IMG/VR virus record: IMGVR_UViG_3300006120_000043
Coordinates: 1-37,985 of that record
Direction: 5' to 3' (one strand)
DNA length: 37,985 bases
From: a virus
Taxonomy: Duplodnaviria > Caudoviricetes
Part shown: in pieces, positions 18,474 to 25,569 of the stretch
Numbering within the stretch: position 1 is the first letter of the stretch
Layout: each line of letters begins with the position of its first letter
Program-made: the position numbers and the translations under genes
Notes under the pieces: model-generated
What the model saw: only the letters and a program-made list of their open reading frames with translations
Told to the model about the DNA's origin: nothing
Database searches by the model: none

Positions 18474-18670
18474 CTAGCACCCAAAGACACCACGTTATCG
18501 TTGTCCAAGGGACTGTGTTGTCCCCCAGCCTCACCAAGTCCAGAATCCTGGCTGCTTCCAATTCTTCCTGGTTGTAATGGTTTCTCATCTTTTTTCTTTC
18601 CAAAAATTGCATCCCAATTCGATGCGTATGCTTTTTCGTTTGTCGGTCTTCTTGCGCTACCTTTACTCAT
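18470..18670 (-). CDS. Hypothetical protein
   Basis: 'MSKGS.RRP.....Y..NWD.IFGKK' small phage protein type; AGGAG RBS. Confidence 0.7.
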   Translation of the reverse strand: MSKGSARRPTNEKAYASNWDAIFGKKKDEKPLQPGRIGSSQDSGLGEAGGQHSPLDNDNVVSLGAR

Positions 18671-18678
18671 ATTTGCTC

Positions 18679-19278
18679 CTATAAAAGCTCATTTTTTTCA
18701 ACAATAATTTTTCTGTAATCTGACAATGCTTTACCGCGCGAAAATCCTGTTATTAAACCTGTAGATTTGTTTTTTCTCCAAACAGTAGAACTTGTTTTGC
18801 CAACGGCAGGTTCAAGAGCAATTGTTTCAAATAATTCAGGCGCTAATTGTTTACGCCAAACATTGATTTTTCTCATGCGCCTTGCACCACCATCAACAAT
18901 GCTTACAACTTCATAACCTAAAGATTTCCAAAATTTATTTGCATCAAGATCAAAGCCGCATCGCAAAGAAACAGAAGTTGCGTAACCTTGATTTGCATAC
19001 TCTTCCATAGCTGAAACTAAAGCAGCGCCATAGTGCCTCATACGAGCGTCATATTGAATGCAAACTTGATGGCATTTAACATGAACACCTTGCGCTCCCA
19101 TGTAAATATATCCACAAGGTTGTCCATTCAAAAGACCTAAAAAAAGCCGTCCTTTTTCCAATTCACGTTCAAAAACTTGTGTTGGATAAAACGACAAAGC
19201 TTCAGCATTTAGCTTTTGCAACTTATCAACATAAAGCAAAAAATCTGGATGCTCTTGAACCACAACAAAATCTATCAT
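18679..19278 (-). CDS. GNAT family acetyltransferase
   Basis: 'HQVCIQYDARMRHYGAALV' (motif A) and 'ANKFWKSLGY' (motif B). Confidence 0.85.
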   Translation of the reverse strand: MIDFVVVQEHPDFLLYVDKLQKLNAEALSFYPTQVFERELEKGRLFLGLLNGQPCGYIYMGAQGVHVKCHQVCIQYDARMRHYGAALVSAMEEYANQGYATSVSLRCGFDLDANKFWKSLGYEVVSIVDGGARRMRKINVWRKQLAPELFETIALEPAVGKTSSTVWRKNKSTGLITGFSRGKALSDYRKIIVEKNELL

Positions 19279-19622
19279 TTGCGGCCTCTTAAAGCGTTTA
19301 ATTTCTCACGGATATGTGCTGGCATAGGCACAGTCTTTTCACGCTCTTCTTGGATGGTTTTAAGCGTGTCTACAGGCTTTCTAAGCTCAGGAACTTCAGC
19401 GCCATCCCACCTTGCTTGATTGAGATAGACAAGCGGTGCTGGAATGAACGCCCCGTTTTGTTTTTTCCAATCGTCTGTAGTCTTTAGCCACTCAACGTGC
19501 TTGATGATTTGCTCTAAATCTACGGAATAGTCGGCACTTATCCATTTCTGCCGACACTTTGATTTAGCACCCTTGCGAGTTGACTTCGGCCATGCTTCCC
19601 AAAATTGTTCAAAAGGTTCCAT
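19275..19622 (-). CDS. Replication protein, only the C-terminal domain of lambdoid O-type initiators
   Basis: 'FEQFWEAWPK..RK..K..C..KW' and 'W.KQNGAFIPAPLVYLNQARWD'; likely start MEPFEQ at 19622 (track start 19736 runs through structured RNA). Confidence 0.75.
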   Translation of the reverse strand: MEPFEQFWEAWPKSTRKGAKSKCRQKWISADYSVDLEQIIKHVEWLKTTDDWKKQNGAFIPAPLVYLNQARWDGAEVPELRKPVDTLKTIQEEREKTVPMPAHIREKLNALRGRK

Positions 19623-19629
19623 TTCGTTT

Positions 19630-19865
19630 TCCCATAGGTTCCCCAAGGGTGAGAAGCTCTCACACCAAGCCCATGCTTTAGCACCAGCTTCCCCTTGAGG
19701 ATGCGATTCATTCGTTAAAGGTCTTGTCATCACCATGTCCCTTTAACTTGTCTGATACCTCGCACACAGTTCAGGAGGGTTATCAACGGGGTGGATCGTT
19801 GCCCTATGTTCTCTTCCAAGCAGCCCATGTAGGCTCTCTGGTTTCGTCTGGAGTACGGCTGCATA
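19630..19865 (-). ncRNA. Candidate multi-helix structured RNA (or ssDNA element) upstream of the replication gene
   Basis: At least seven nested inverted repeats; mismatches on the plus strand read as G-U wobbles on the minus strand. Confidence 0.6.
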
Positions 19866-19920
19866 CATAACTTCCTTTCAAGATTTACTTTCGTTAAAAA
19901 ATACTGTCTAAGTGGAGACG

Positions 19921-20012
19921 AAAAAAAGCCGCTTACTGCTGCCTCCGGTGGAAACCCTTTATAGGGCAGAGGCATGAGTAAACGGCTTCAATCTGTCGCT
20001 TTCCACGGCAAC
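19921..20012 (-). ncRNA. C4 antisense-like (c4-2-type) RNA with pseudoknot and terminator
   Basis: 5' hairpin GTTGC-CGTGGAAA-GCGAC; long stem AAGCCGTTTACT/AGTAAGCGGCTT with inner TGCCTCTG/CCGGAGGCA; loop GTGGAAA complementary to internal TTTCCAC; U7 tail; extended -10 TGTGATACAGT upstream. Confidence 0.7.
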
Positions 20013-20034
20013 AAGGTTACTGTATCACAAAAAT

Positions 20035-20223
20035 TTAGGTTGGTTCAGCTTCTTTCAAAATAAACCAATCCGGTTTCAACACACGCAACTGCCACACTCT
20101 AGCAATCGGCACATTCTTTTTCCATTGGCTCACCGATGGTTGGCTGATACCTAGTAGCTCTGCAAGGCGCTGCTGACCACCAGCTAGTTGAATCGCCTTT
20201 TCCTTTGAGAATTCCATACACAC
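20035..20223 (-). CDS. cro: Cro-like HTH repressor
   Basis: 'AIQLAGGQQRLAELLGISQPSVSQW...VP..R..QL' (P22/N15 Cro type); GGAG RBS favours the ATG at 20217. Confidence 0.9.
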   Translation of the reverse strand: MCMEFSKEKAIQLAGGQQRLAELLGISQPSVSQWKKNVPIARVWQLRVLKPDWFILKEAEPT

Positions 20224-20227
20224 TCCT

Positions 20228-20321
20228 ATAAGATGCGCTATGTTATCACAACTTAGGCAGACCTATACTTTACAATTCTTTACAATTAGTGTTGACCGTG
20301 ATTGATAAGTGTGGTTATACT
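20228..20321. promoter_or_regulatory. Divergent control region: rightward sigma70 promoter and three operator-like palindromes
   Basis: TTGACC(20292)-18 bp-TATACT(20316); ATAAGATGCGCTAT, TTAGGCAGACCTAT, ATAAGTGTGGTTAT. Confidence 0.7.
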
Positions 20322-20370
20322 AGCGTCACGTTCAGCACATCGCAGGGACGTTTGATATGAAAGTACTTAT

Positions 20371-20550
20371 ATGAATAGCATCGACTTGCACATGATCCAA
20401 CGGGCAGCAGCCTACTTGGAAAAATACAAACCCAACCACGAACACGAATGGTCTATGGATCAGGTCAACGAATGGGCAACCATTCTTGCTTGCTTCAAGA
20501 CCACGGCTGACCGTGTTGCTTCCACCGTTCAAATCGAGGTGACAGCATGA
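20371..20550 (+). CDS. Hypothetical early protein
   Basis: Not in the ORF track; 59 aa MNSIDLHMIQRAAAYLEKYKP..., ATGA overlap with the next gene. Confidence 0.7.
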   Translation: MNSIDLHMIQRAAAYLEKYKPNHEHEWSMDQVNEWATILACFKTTADRVASTVQIEVTA

Positions 20551-20756
20551 GAATCGTCTACAAAAACCGTGAGATTCTTGATCTGTCTGTTGGCGGCGTT
20601 GACAGCCGCGATTACCCAGACTTTTGTGAAGCCCATTTCAATGACGGCTTTTGGGCTGACACCAAAGAACCCCTGACCGATGAAGAACTTTGCGAGTTGA
20701 CAGAGGCTTACAGCGATCTGGTGTTTGAAATGGCTTATCAATATTGCATTAACTGA
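20547..20756 (+). CDS. Small acidic protein
   Basis: 'GVDSRDYPDFCEA.......LTDEEL..L' motif; GAGGTG RBS. Confidence 0.75.
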   Translation: MRIVYKNREILDLSVGGVDSRDYPDFCEAHFNDGFWADTKEPLTDEELCELTEAYSDLVFEMAYQYCIN

Positions 20757-20765
20757 GGTGACGAA

Positions 20766-20975
20766 ATGACTGATTACATAGATTACGAAGGTTTTGTTAT
20801 CAAAATCAATTACGAACCAGGAGAACGTGGCTCACGCTTTGAGCCTCGCATTGAACCTGAATGCCAAGTTGAGGCCATTTTTTGCGGTGATAAAGATGTC
20901 ACTCACGCTATCAAAGAAGAATATATCGAAATGATTGAAGAAATGATTTTGAATCAACAAGTTGAGGTTGATTAA
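20766..20975 (+). CDS. Small acidic protein
   Basis: 69 aa, 'YEPGERG' motif, GAGGTG RBS. Confidence 0.75.
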   Translation: MTDYIDYEGFVIKINYEPGERGSRFEPRIEPECQVEAIFCGDKDVTHAIKEEYIEMIEEMILNQQVEVD

Positions 20976-21142
20976 TGAGCTTTTTGAAAACAGCCCTCGG
21001 ATTGCCTGGGGGCTTAAAAAATACACGCCCCCTCAAAGAATGTAGCCGGTGCAATGAAAAAAAAGAGCAAGCAGGTGGCGTAGATATGGGTAGTAAGTGG
21101 ATTTGTAACTTTTGTTGGCAGAAAAAACTGAAAGGGAAATAG
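20975..21142 (+). CDS. Small zinc-finger protein
   Basis: Not in the ORF track; 55 aa with CSRC...WICNFC; TAATG coupling. Confidence 0.7.
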   Translation: MSFLKTALGLPGGLKNTRPLKECSRCNEKKEQAGGVDMGSKWICNFCWQKKLKGK

Positions 21143-21144
21143 CA

Positions 21145-21255
21145 ATGACTCGCATGGATTACGCAAAGACTATGTATCGACTCGCAAGAAGCCGTGGCCG
21201 TTTTGAGGCTGCTAAACAGTTCGTGAGGGCTTACTTTGATCTGGTGATGTTCTGA
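21145..21255 (+). CDS. 36-aa hypothetical peptide
   Basis: Not in the ORF track; MTRMDYAKTMYRLARSRGRFEAAKQFVRAYFDLVMF; TGATG coupling to next ORF. Confidence 0.55.
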   Translation: MTRMDYAKTMYRLARSRGRFEAAKQFVRAYFDLVMF

Positions 21256-21380
21256 TGGCAGACTTCACATTCTTTTTAATGGCAGGTTTTATAGCTTTTG
21301 TTTTTGTTCTCATCTTGGACAATCTGTTCCCCAATTTTTGGGAGCAAGTCCATGATGAATTATTTAATAGGAGAAAGTAA
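21255..21380 (+). CDS. 41-aa membrane peptide
   Basis: Not in the ORF track; MADFTFFLMAGFIAFVFVLILDNLFPNFW...; coupled at both ends. Confidence 0.6.
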   Translation: MADFTFFLMAGFIAFVFVLILDNLFPNFWEQVHDELFNRRK

Positions 21381-21679
21381 TGCTTAAAGAATTGTGGGAG
21401 CTAACTAAAGCTCGTATTTCAGACCCCATTACAAGCAAATTAGCGGCTCAACAAGCTAAGAAAGTAGCAGACAGCCACTATCAGGTCATCCTTAAAGCTT
21501 TACGCGCTCACGGGCCTATGGGAAAGGATGGCATCGCAGAGGTGACAGGTCTGGATGGCGCTCAAATTGCTCGTAGGCTTGGTGAGATGCACCGTGGCGG
21601 CGTAGTGGTTTTAACTGGTAGGCACGTTAAATCTAAAGCTGGCCGTGACGAGCGTGAATGGAAGATATTGTCGTGGTAA
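21380..21679 (+). CDS. Winged-HTH protein
   Basis: 'AR.SDPITS..AA' followed by HTH 'IAEVTGLDGAQIARRLGEM'. Confidence 0.75.
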   Translation: MLKELWELTKARISDPITSKLAAQQAKKVADSHYQVILKALRAHGPMGKDGIAEVTGLDGAQIARRLGEMHRGGVVVLTGRHVKSKAGRDEREWKILSW

Positions 21680-22038
21680 GAATGAATGCGTTAAGTTATG
21701 CGATCCTGATTAAGCTGCTACTTGAAGGCACAAGGTCTGCTGACGAGCTGGCAGAAGAAACAGGATTGCATAAGCAAACCGTGTATCAATACACGAGGGC
21801 GCTTCACAAAGCAAGGGCGGTCCATATTGCTGATTGGGAAAAAGACAGCAAGGGACGTGATTGCAAACCGATCTTTATGATTGGCAAGAAACCTGATGCG
21901 AAGCGGTCAACTTTGACCCGCGCACAGATAGCGGCTAACTACCGCGCTCGAAAGAAATTATTAACAACACCTAGTTTGGACAATGTATGGAACAGCCTGA
22001 TCCCATCCCTAACAAATACCCACCAGCCTGGGATTTAG
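21658..22038 (+). CDS. HTH DNA-binding protein
   Basis: 'ELAEETGLHKQTVYQYTRALHK...VHIADW'. Confidence 0.75.
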   Translation: MEDIVVVRMNALSYAILIKLLLEGTRSADELAEETGLHKQTVYQYTRALHKARAVHIADWEKDSKGRDCKPIFMIGKKPDAKRSTLTRAQIAANYRARKKLLTTPSLDNVWNSLIPSLTNTHQPGI

Positions 22039-22199
22039 TTATGAAAGATATGATTGCCAGAGATTTCTTTGGCCGTCAGAAATACAAGACCCCCCTACAA
22101 CCTCACAACGGGCGGGATACTTTACAAGATGCTTACGAGGAAGTATTGGATTTGTGTGTTTATTTGAGAACTGAGTTATACGAAAGGAATGGCAAATGA
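21987..22199 (+). CDS. Hypothetical protein
   Basis: 'GRQKYKTPL...NGRD.LQDAYEEVLDLCVYL' conserved-looking phage motif. Confidence 0.7.
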   Translation: MEQPDPIPNKYPPAWDLVMKDMIARDFFGRQKYKTPLQPHNGRDTLQDAYEEVLDLCVYLRTELYERNGK

Positions 22200-22438
22200 A
22201 CGCGTTTCCCGTACAAAGTATTTATATTGAAGATCAAGAGACAAACTCTCGCGGCATGGATTTGCGCGACTACTTTGCAGCTAAGGCTATGCAAGCATTT
22301 ATTACATTACACGAAGAAGCATTGGTTAGAGATGCGACTTATTGTGATTGGTCAAAAGATGGCACAAGTTCTGAAATAGTTTCAGAGCAAGCCTATGGAA
22401 TTGCAGATGCCATGATGAAAGCAAGGGAACAAAAATGA
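22196..22438 (+). CDS. 'LRDYFAAKAMQ' family phage protein
   Basis: 'GMDLRDYFAAKAMQ...AYGIADAMMKARE'. Confidence 0.85.
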   Translation: MNAFPVQSIYIEDQETNSRGMDLRDYFAAKAMQAFITLHEEALVRDATYCDWSKDGTSSEIVSEQAYGIADAMMKAREQK

Positions 22439-22596
22439 TTGAACAAAAAAAAGATGCTCCTGGGAACAAACCTTATTGGGTATGTACTAATTGCAAATGG
22501 CCTTTTATTTCTTTACAAGAAGCAAATAACCATAATTGCAATACAAAAAATATATCTAATTATTCATTTAAAAGTTACTCAAAGAATGAAATATGA
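22435..22596 (+). CDS. AT-rich small zinc-finger-like protein
   Basis: Not in the ORF track; ATGA overlap; MIEQKKDAPGNKPYWVCTNCKWPF...H.C. Confidence 0.6.
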   Translation: MIEQKKDAPGNKPYWVCTNCKWPFISLQEANNHNCNTKNISNYSFKSYSKNEI

Positions 22597-22612
22597 AAGC
22601 AATGGAACAAAA

Positions 22613-22795
22613 ATGAAAGCAACACACTTACGCACCCCCCGTACATTGGACGAGTGCCGGTTTGAAACTGATGGTCAAGCTATCTTTAAGATATCTAATA
22701 CAGGTATGGAGGACTTTGAAAACATTAAGACAACGGTTCTTATACTTGGCGGGTTTGCCTTATTTTTAATCCTCTTCAAAATATTCAAATCATGA
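22613..22795 (+). CDS. Small protein with C-terminal membrane anchor
   Basis: MKATHLRTPRTLDECRF...VLILGGFALFLILF; 3' part of track ORF 22439-22795. Confidence 0.6.
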   Translation: MKATHLRTPRTLDECRFETDGQAIFKISNTGMEDFENIKTTVLILGGFALFLILFKIFKS

Positions 22796-22989
22796 AAATC
22801 AACCCAGACGTAATCATCGACAACATTAAAACTTATGCAAAGCAACATTACCGCGATGATCGCGAAGACATTCCTCGCATGGAATATCGCATCAACGCTC
22901 TCGAAACACAAATCCGTCAACTGTGTGCAAAGATCGAGCAAAAAGACAAATCAATCCACGATTTAGAAAAACTATTGGCAAGCAAATGA
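22792..22989 (+). CDS. Hypothetical coiled-coil protein
   Basis: 65 aa, ATGA overlaps. Confidence 0.7.
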   Translation: MKINPDVIIDNIKTYAKQHYRDDREDIPRMEYRINALETQIRQLCAKIEQKDKSIHDLEKLLASK

Positions 22990-23237
22990 GAATAGATGAA
23001 ATCTTTAAAGAAATAGAAAGCTACCTGACAAGGATTTCTTTAGGCGGCTCTTATGACGGTGGCGACAAGGTGTTGGCGCTGCTTCCTGAGCTGCAAAAAG
23101 AGATTCAGTATGTAGTTGACCGCGCCTCAGTTGAATCGTTCAAAGAAGCATTGGTAGCCATGAATGAAATCACGGCAGAAATGTATAACAAATTAGGAAA
23201 AGCAAATGGAACAGATCAAGAACCTACTAGCCACTAA
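22986..23237 (+). CDS. Hypothetical protein
   Basis: MRIDEIFKE...; ATGA overlap gives the likely start. Confidence 0.65.
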   Translation: MRIDEIFKEIESYLTRISLGGSYDGGDKVLALLPELQKEIQYVVDRASVESFKEALVAMNEITAEMYNKLGKANGTDQEPTSH

Positions 23238-23838
23238 CGTAAACGACCATACAGAGCGTAAAAACAATCTGACATACCTAAGCTGGGCTTGGGCTTGGGC
23301 AGAGGTGTTAAAGGCCGATCCAAAGGCCACCTTCAAGGTCGAGATGTTCAATGACAAGTGCTACATGGACATTAACGGCACAGCAATGGTGTGGGTAACC
23401 GTCATCATGTTTGACAAGCCAATGACCTGTCAGTTGCCTGTTATGGACTACCGCAACAAGCCAATCCTGAATCCTGACAGCTTTGCAGTTAACACGGCCA
23501 TCATGCGTTGCATGACTAAAGCGGTGTCCTTGCATGGTTTGGGTCTCTATATATACGCCGGTGAAGACCTTCCAGAAGAGGGTGAAGTGGCTAGAAAAGG
23601 GCCATCCCCTGTTGTAACACCTCGTGGCGGGATTGGTGAAGACACCATTGACGAAAACGAGAAAGACTTCTTGCGAGACATGGCAGCGACTACCGCTGAC
23701 CTAGTGAATGATGGCAAAGCGGCCAATGCTCTTGCAATGATAGAAGAGGCAGCACTAGAGGCTGACCAAAAAGTGTGGCTGTTTAATCAGCTTGATTCCA
23801 AGGTTAGAACAGCGTTGAAGAAAGCAAAAGGAGCTTAA
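23206..23838 (+). CDS. Sak3-like single-strand annealing protein (DUF1071)
   Basis: 'LTYLSWAWAW', 'LPVMDYRNK', 'VNTAIMRC.TKA...HGLGLYIYAGEDLP'. Confidence 0.9.
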   Translation: MEQIKNLLATNVNDHTERKNNLTYLSWAWAWAEVLKADPKATFKVEMFNDKCYMDINGTAMVWVTVIMFDKPMTCQLPVMDYRNKPILNPDSFAVNTAIMRCMTKAVSLHGLGLYIYAGEDLPEEGEVARKGPSPVVTPRGGIGEDTIDENEKDFLRDMAATTADLVNDGKAANALAMIEEAALEADQKVWLFNQLDSKVRTALKKAKGA

Positions 23839-23839
23839 T

Positions 23840-24127
23840 ATGTTTAAACGATTTGATTTGGTAGCAGTAGTTGGTGAGTACGAACAAAATGGCGAGAAGA
23901 AAAAACGCTATGCAAAGTTAGGCTCATTCTTTGAAGGTGATAAAGGTGACAAGTGGTTAAACCTTGATACTATCCCAGCAGGTAATTGGGATGGTAAAGT
24001 ATCGATTCGTGAGCCTTTTGATGGTGACCGTCCTGCCCGTCAGAGCAGCCAGCCTACACGCCGTGGCGCTCCTTCTGGCCGTGGCGGTTCAGGGTTTGAC
24101 GACATGGATAATGACGTGCCGTTCTGA
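23840..24127 (+). CDS. Single-stranded DNA-binding protein
   Basis: Short OB-like domain, Gly-rich linker, acidic tip 'DDMDNDVPF'; follows the annealase. Confidence 0.8.
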   Translation: MFKRFDLVAVVGEYEQNGEKKKRYAKLGSFFEGDKGDKWLNLDTIPAGNWDGKVSIREPFDGDRPARQSSQPTRRGAPSGRGGSGFDDMDNDVPF

Positions 24128-24151
24128 CATTCGTAAGTGATATAGTGGTTT

Positions 24152-24209
24152 CGTAGTTGTCCGATAGGACTTAGGGGGGAAAGCGAAAGCAAGTACCCCC
24201 CCTTTTTTT
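24152..24209 (+). ncRNA. Candidate small RNA / structured terminator with bulged-G motif
   Basis: Extended -10 TGATATAGT (24138-24146); GTCC-GATA-GGAC hairpin; GGGGG-GAA-A-GC-GAAA-GC-A-AGTA-CCCCC hairpin; T7 tail. Confidence 0.55.
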
Positions 24210-24218
24210 GGAGCCACT

Positions 24219-24416
24219 ATGCAAAAATTAAAAGTTGAATTCGCCCCAGGATGCTTTGACGAGTTTGAAGGCACTCAAGAAGAGCTGGATGCCCTGATAG
24301 ACGAGATTTATGAGCTGGCTGAGTCAGGTGAGTTGTTCGATATGGCAACACCTATCAGCGATGACGAAATGGCAGCTATGGGAGAGTATTACTCTAGCCG
24401 CCAGATTCTTAGCTAA
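24219..24416 (+). CDS. Small highly acidic protein
   Basis: 'FAPGCFDEFEGTQEELDALIDEI'; GGAG RBS. Confidence 0.75.
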   Translation: MQKLKVEFAPGCFDEFEGTQEELDALIDEIYELAESGELFDMATPISDDEMAAMGEYYSSRQILS

Positions 24417-25569
24417 CAATCGCTGGGTTTACAACGGTCCTAGCGTATTCCCCGTAGGTGTCGTGGTAGGTGATGCAAGTAGCGTCACGTTGGCTGCGAT
24501 AACCATGTGAGTGAGCATACAGGTCAGACGGTTGTAACACCCGATGTGTCTCAACAGCCACCCCAGGCAAATCTTTCATGGTCTTATGATGAACGTGTCC
24601 AATGTGAGCGTACCGGAAGCTCGTGAGACCCCACATCTCTGCTTTGTCCGAAGCCATGACGCCAAGCATTTGGTCAGGCTTGAGAGTATCACCGTGAGTC
24701 GCTGCAAGCATAGTTTTCCCATGTTTGTAGAAGTAGAACTTCGATGGGTTCGTGTCAACCTGTACCCGTGGCTCCTTCTCGTAAGCGATCTCCAGCCACA
24801 AACTGAGGTCGATGGCTGAAAAGTCATCATGGTTGCCAGGGATGTTCCACACAATTACTTGATCGTGGCGCTCCAAAGTCATATCAATCATGGACCGCAG
24901 GATTTTGAATCCAACCTTACGCACCTTTTGATAGCGACCGTCAACATCTAGGTTGTGACCAGACCGCAAAGTGACGTTACGGCCATCATCAGCATGGTAG
25001 TAATCGCCAAGGTTCAAAATAATCGCTGTGGAGGCCGCTGGAGCGCGTTTTACGAGGTCTTCGTGCGCTGCCGTGAACAAGGTCTCAGCCAAGGCTAAAT
25101 CGTGGTTCTCGCCCGATTCTTCAGCCCAAGCTCTCATGCCGATATGAGGGTCGCCATAAACAAACACATTCAGTAGGGATGCCTCTGTAATGACGTTCTT
25201 GTTGATGGGGTCAAAGCGGGGTAAATCGTCCCGCATAGCATCGACAAAAGCATCACGAATCTTGAGAGCATTGTCAGCAGCGGCGGTGGTCTTAACCCAT
25301 TGACCTTTGACCTTGCCATCATCACCGTAATAAGTGGAGACACCTTTGACATTGAACCCATCAGGAACAGGGTGAACCATGTCATAAGTAGGGGCTAGAC
25401 CTTGAGTAGCAGCAACAAACTTTAGTTGCCTAATTGCTCGGTCAATAATACGCCGATTTATGTTCAATTCTTTAGCAGCCTTGTTATTGCTGCCATGCTT
25501 TTGAATTGCTTCTAAATAATCAAGCTGTCGTGCTGTCGCGTATTGCGTTAAATAAGATAAGTCTTCCAT
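24409..25569 (-). CDS. Calcineurin-like metallophosphoesterase with N-terminal HTH
   Basis: 'GDPHIG', 'NLGDYYH', 'GNHD', 'THGD', 'GHVHH' motifs. Confidence 0.9.
   Translation of the reverse strand: MEDLSYLTQYATARQLDYLEAIQKHGSNNKAAKELNINRRIIDRAIRQLKFVAATQGLAPTYDMVHPVPDGFNVKGVSTYYGDDGKVKGQWVKTTAAADNALKIRDAFVDAMRDDLPRFDPINKNVITEASLLNVFVYGDPHIGMRAWAEESGENHDLALAETLFTAAHEDLVKRAPAASTAIILNLGDYYHADDGRNVTLRSGHNLDVDGRYQKVRKVGFKILRSMIDMTLERHDQVIVWNIPGNHDDFSAIDLSLWLEIAYEKEPRVQVDTNPSKFYFYKHGKTMLAATHGDTLKPDQMLGVMASDKAEMWGLTSFRYAHIGHVHHKTMKDLPGVAVETHRVLQPSDLYAHSHGYRSQRDATCITYHDTYGEYARTVVNPAIVS

Noticed and set aside
19730-19975. 81-aa minus-strand ORF
   Set aside because: Starts inside the c4-like RNA, crosses its terminator and the structured element, has no RBS or protein-like features
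19921-20012. tRNA or tmRNA
   Set aside because: No T-loop (TTCGA), D-loop or CCA end; the structure fits a c4-like RNA better
20332-21026. Minus-strand ORFs opposite the early genes, possible CI repressor
   Set aside because: No HTH or S24 motifs; antisense to well-supported plus-strand genes
22439-22612. N-terminal extension of the 118-aa track ORF
   Set aside because: TTG start without RBS; the region is better explained by the coupled zinc-finger ORF 22435-22596 plus a start at 22613
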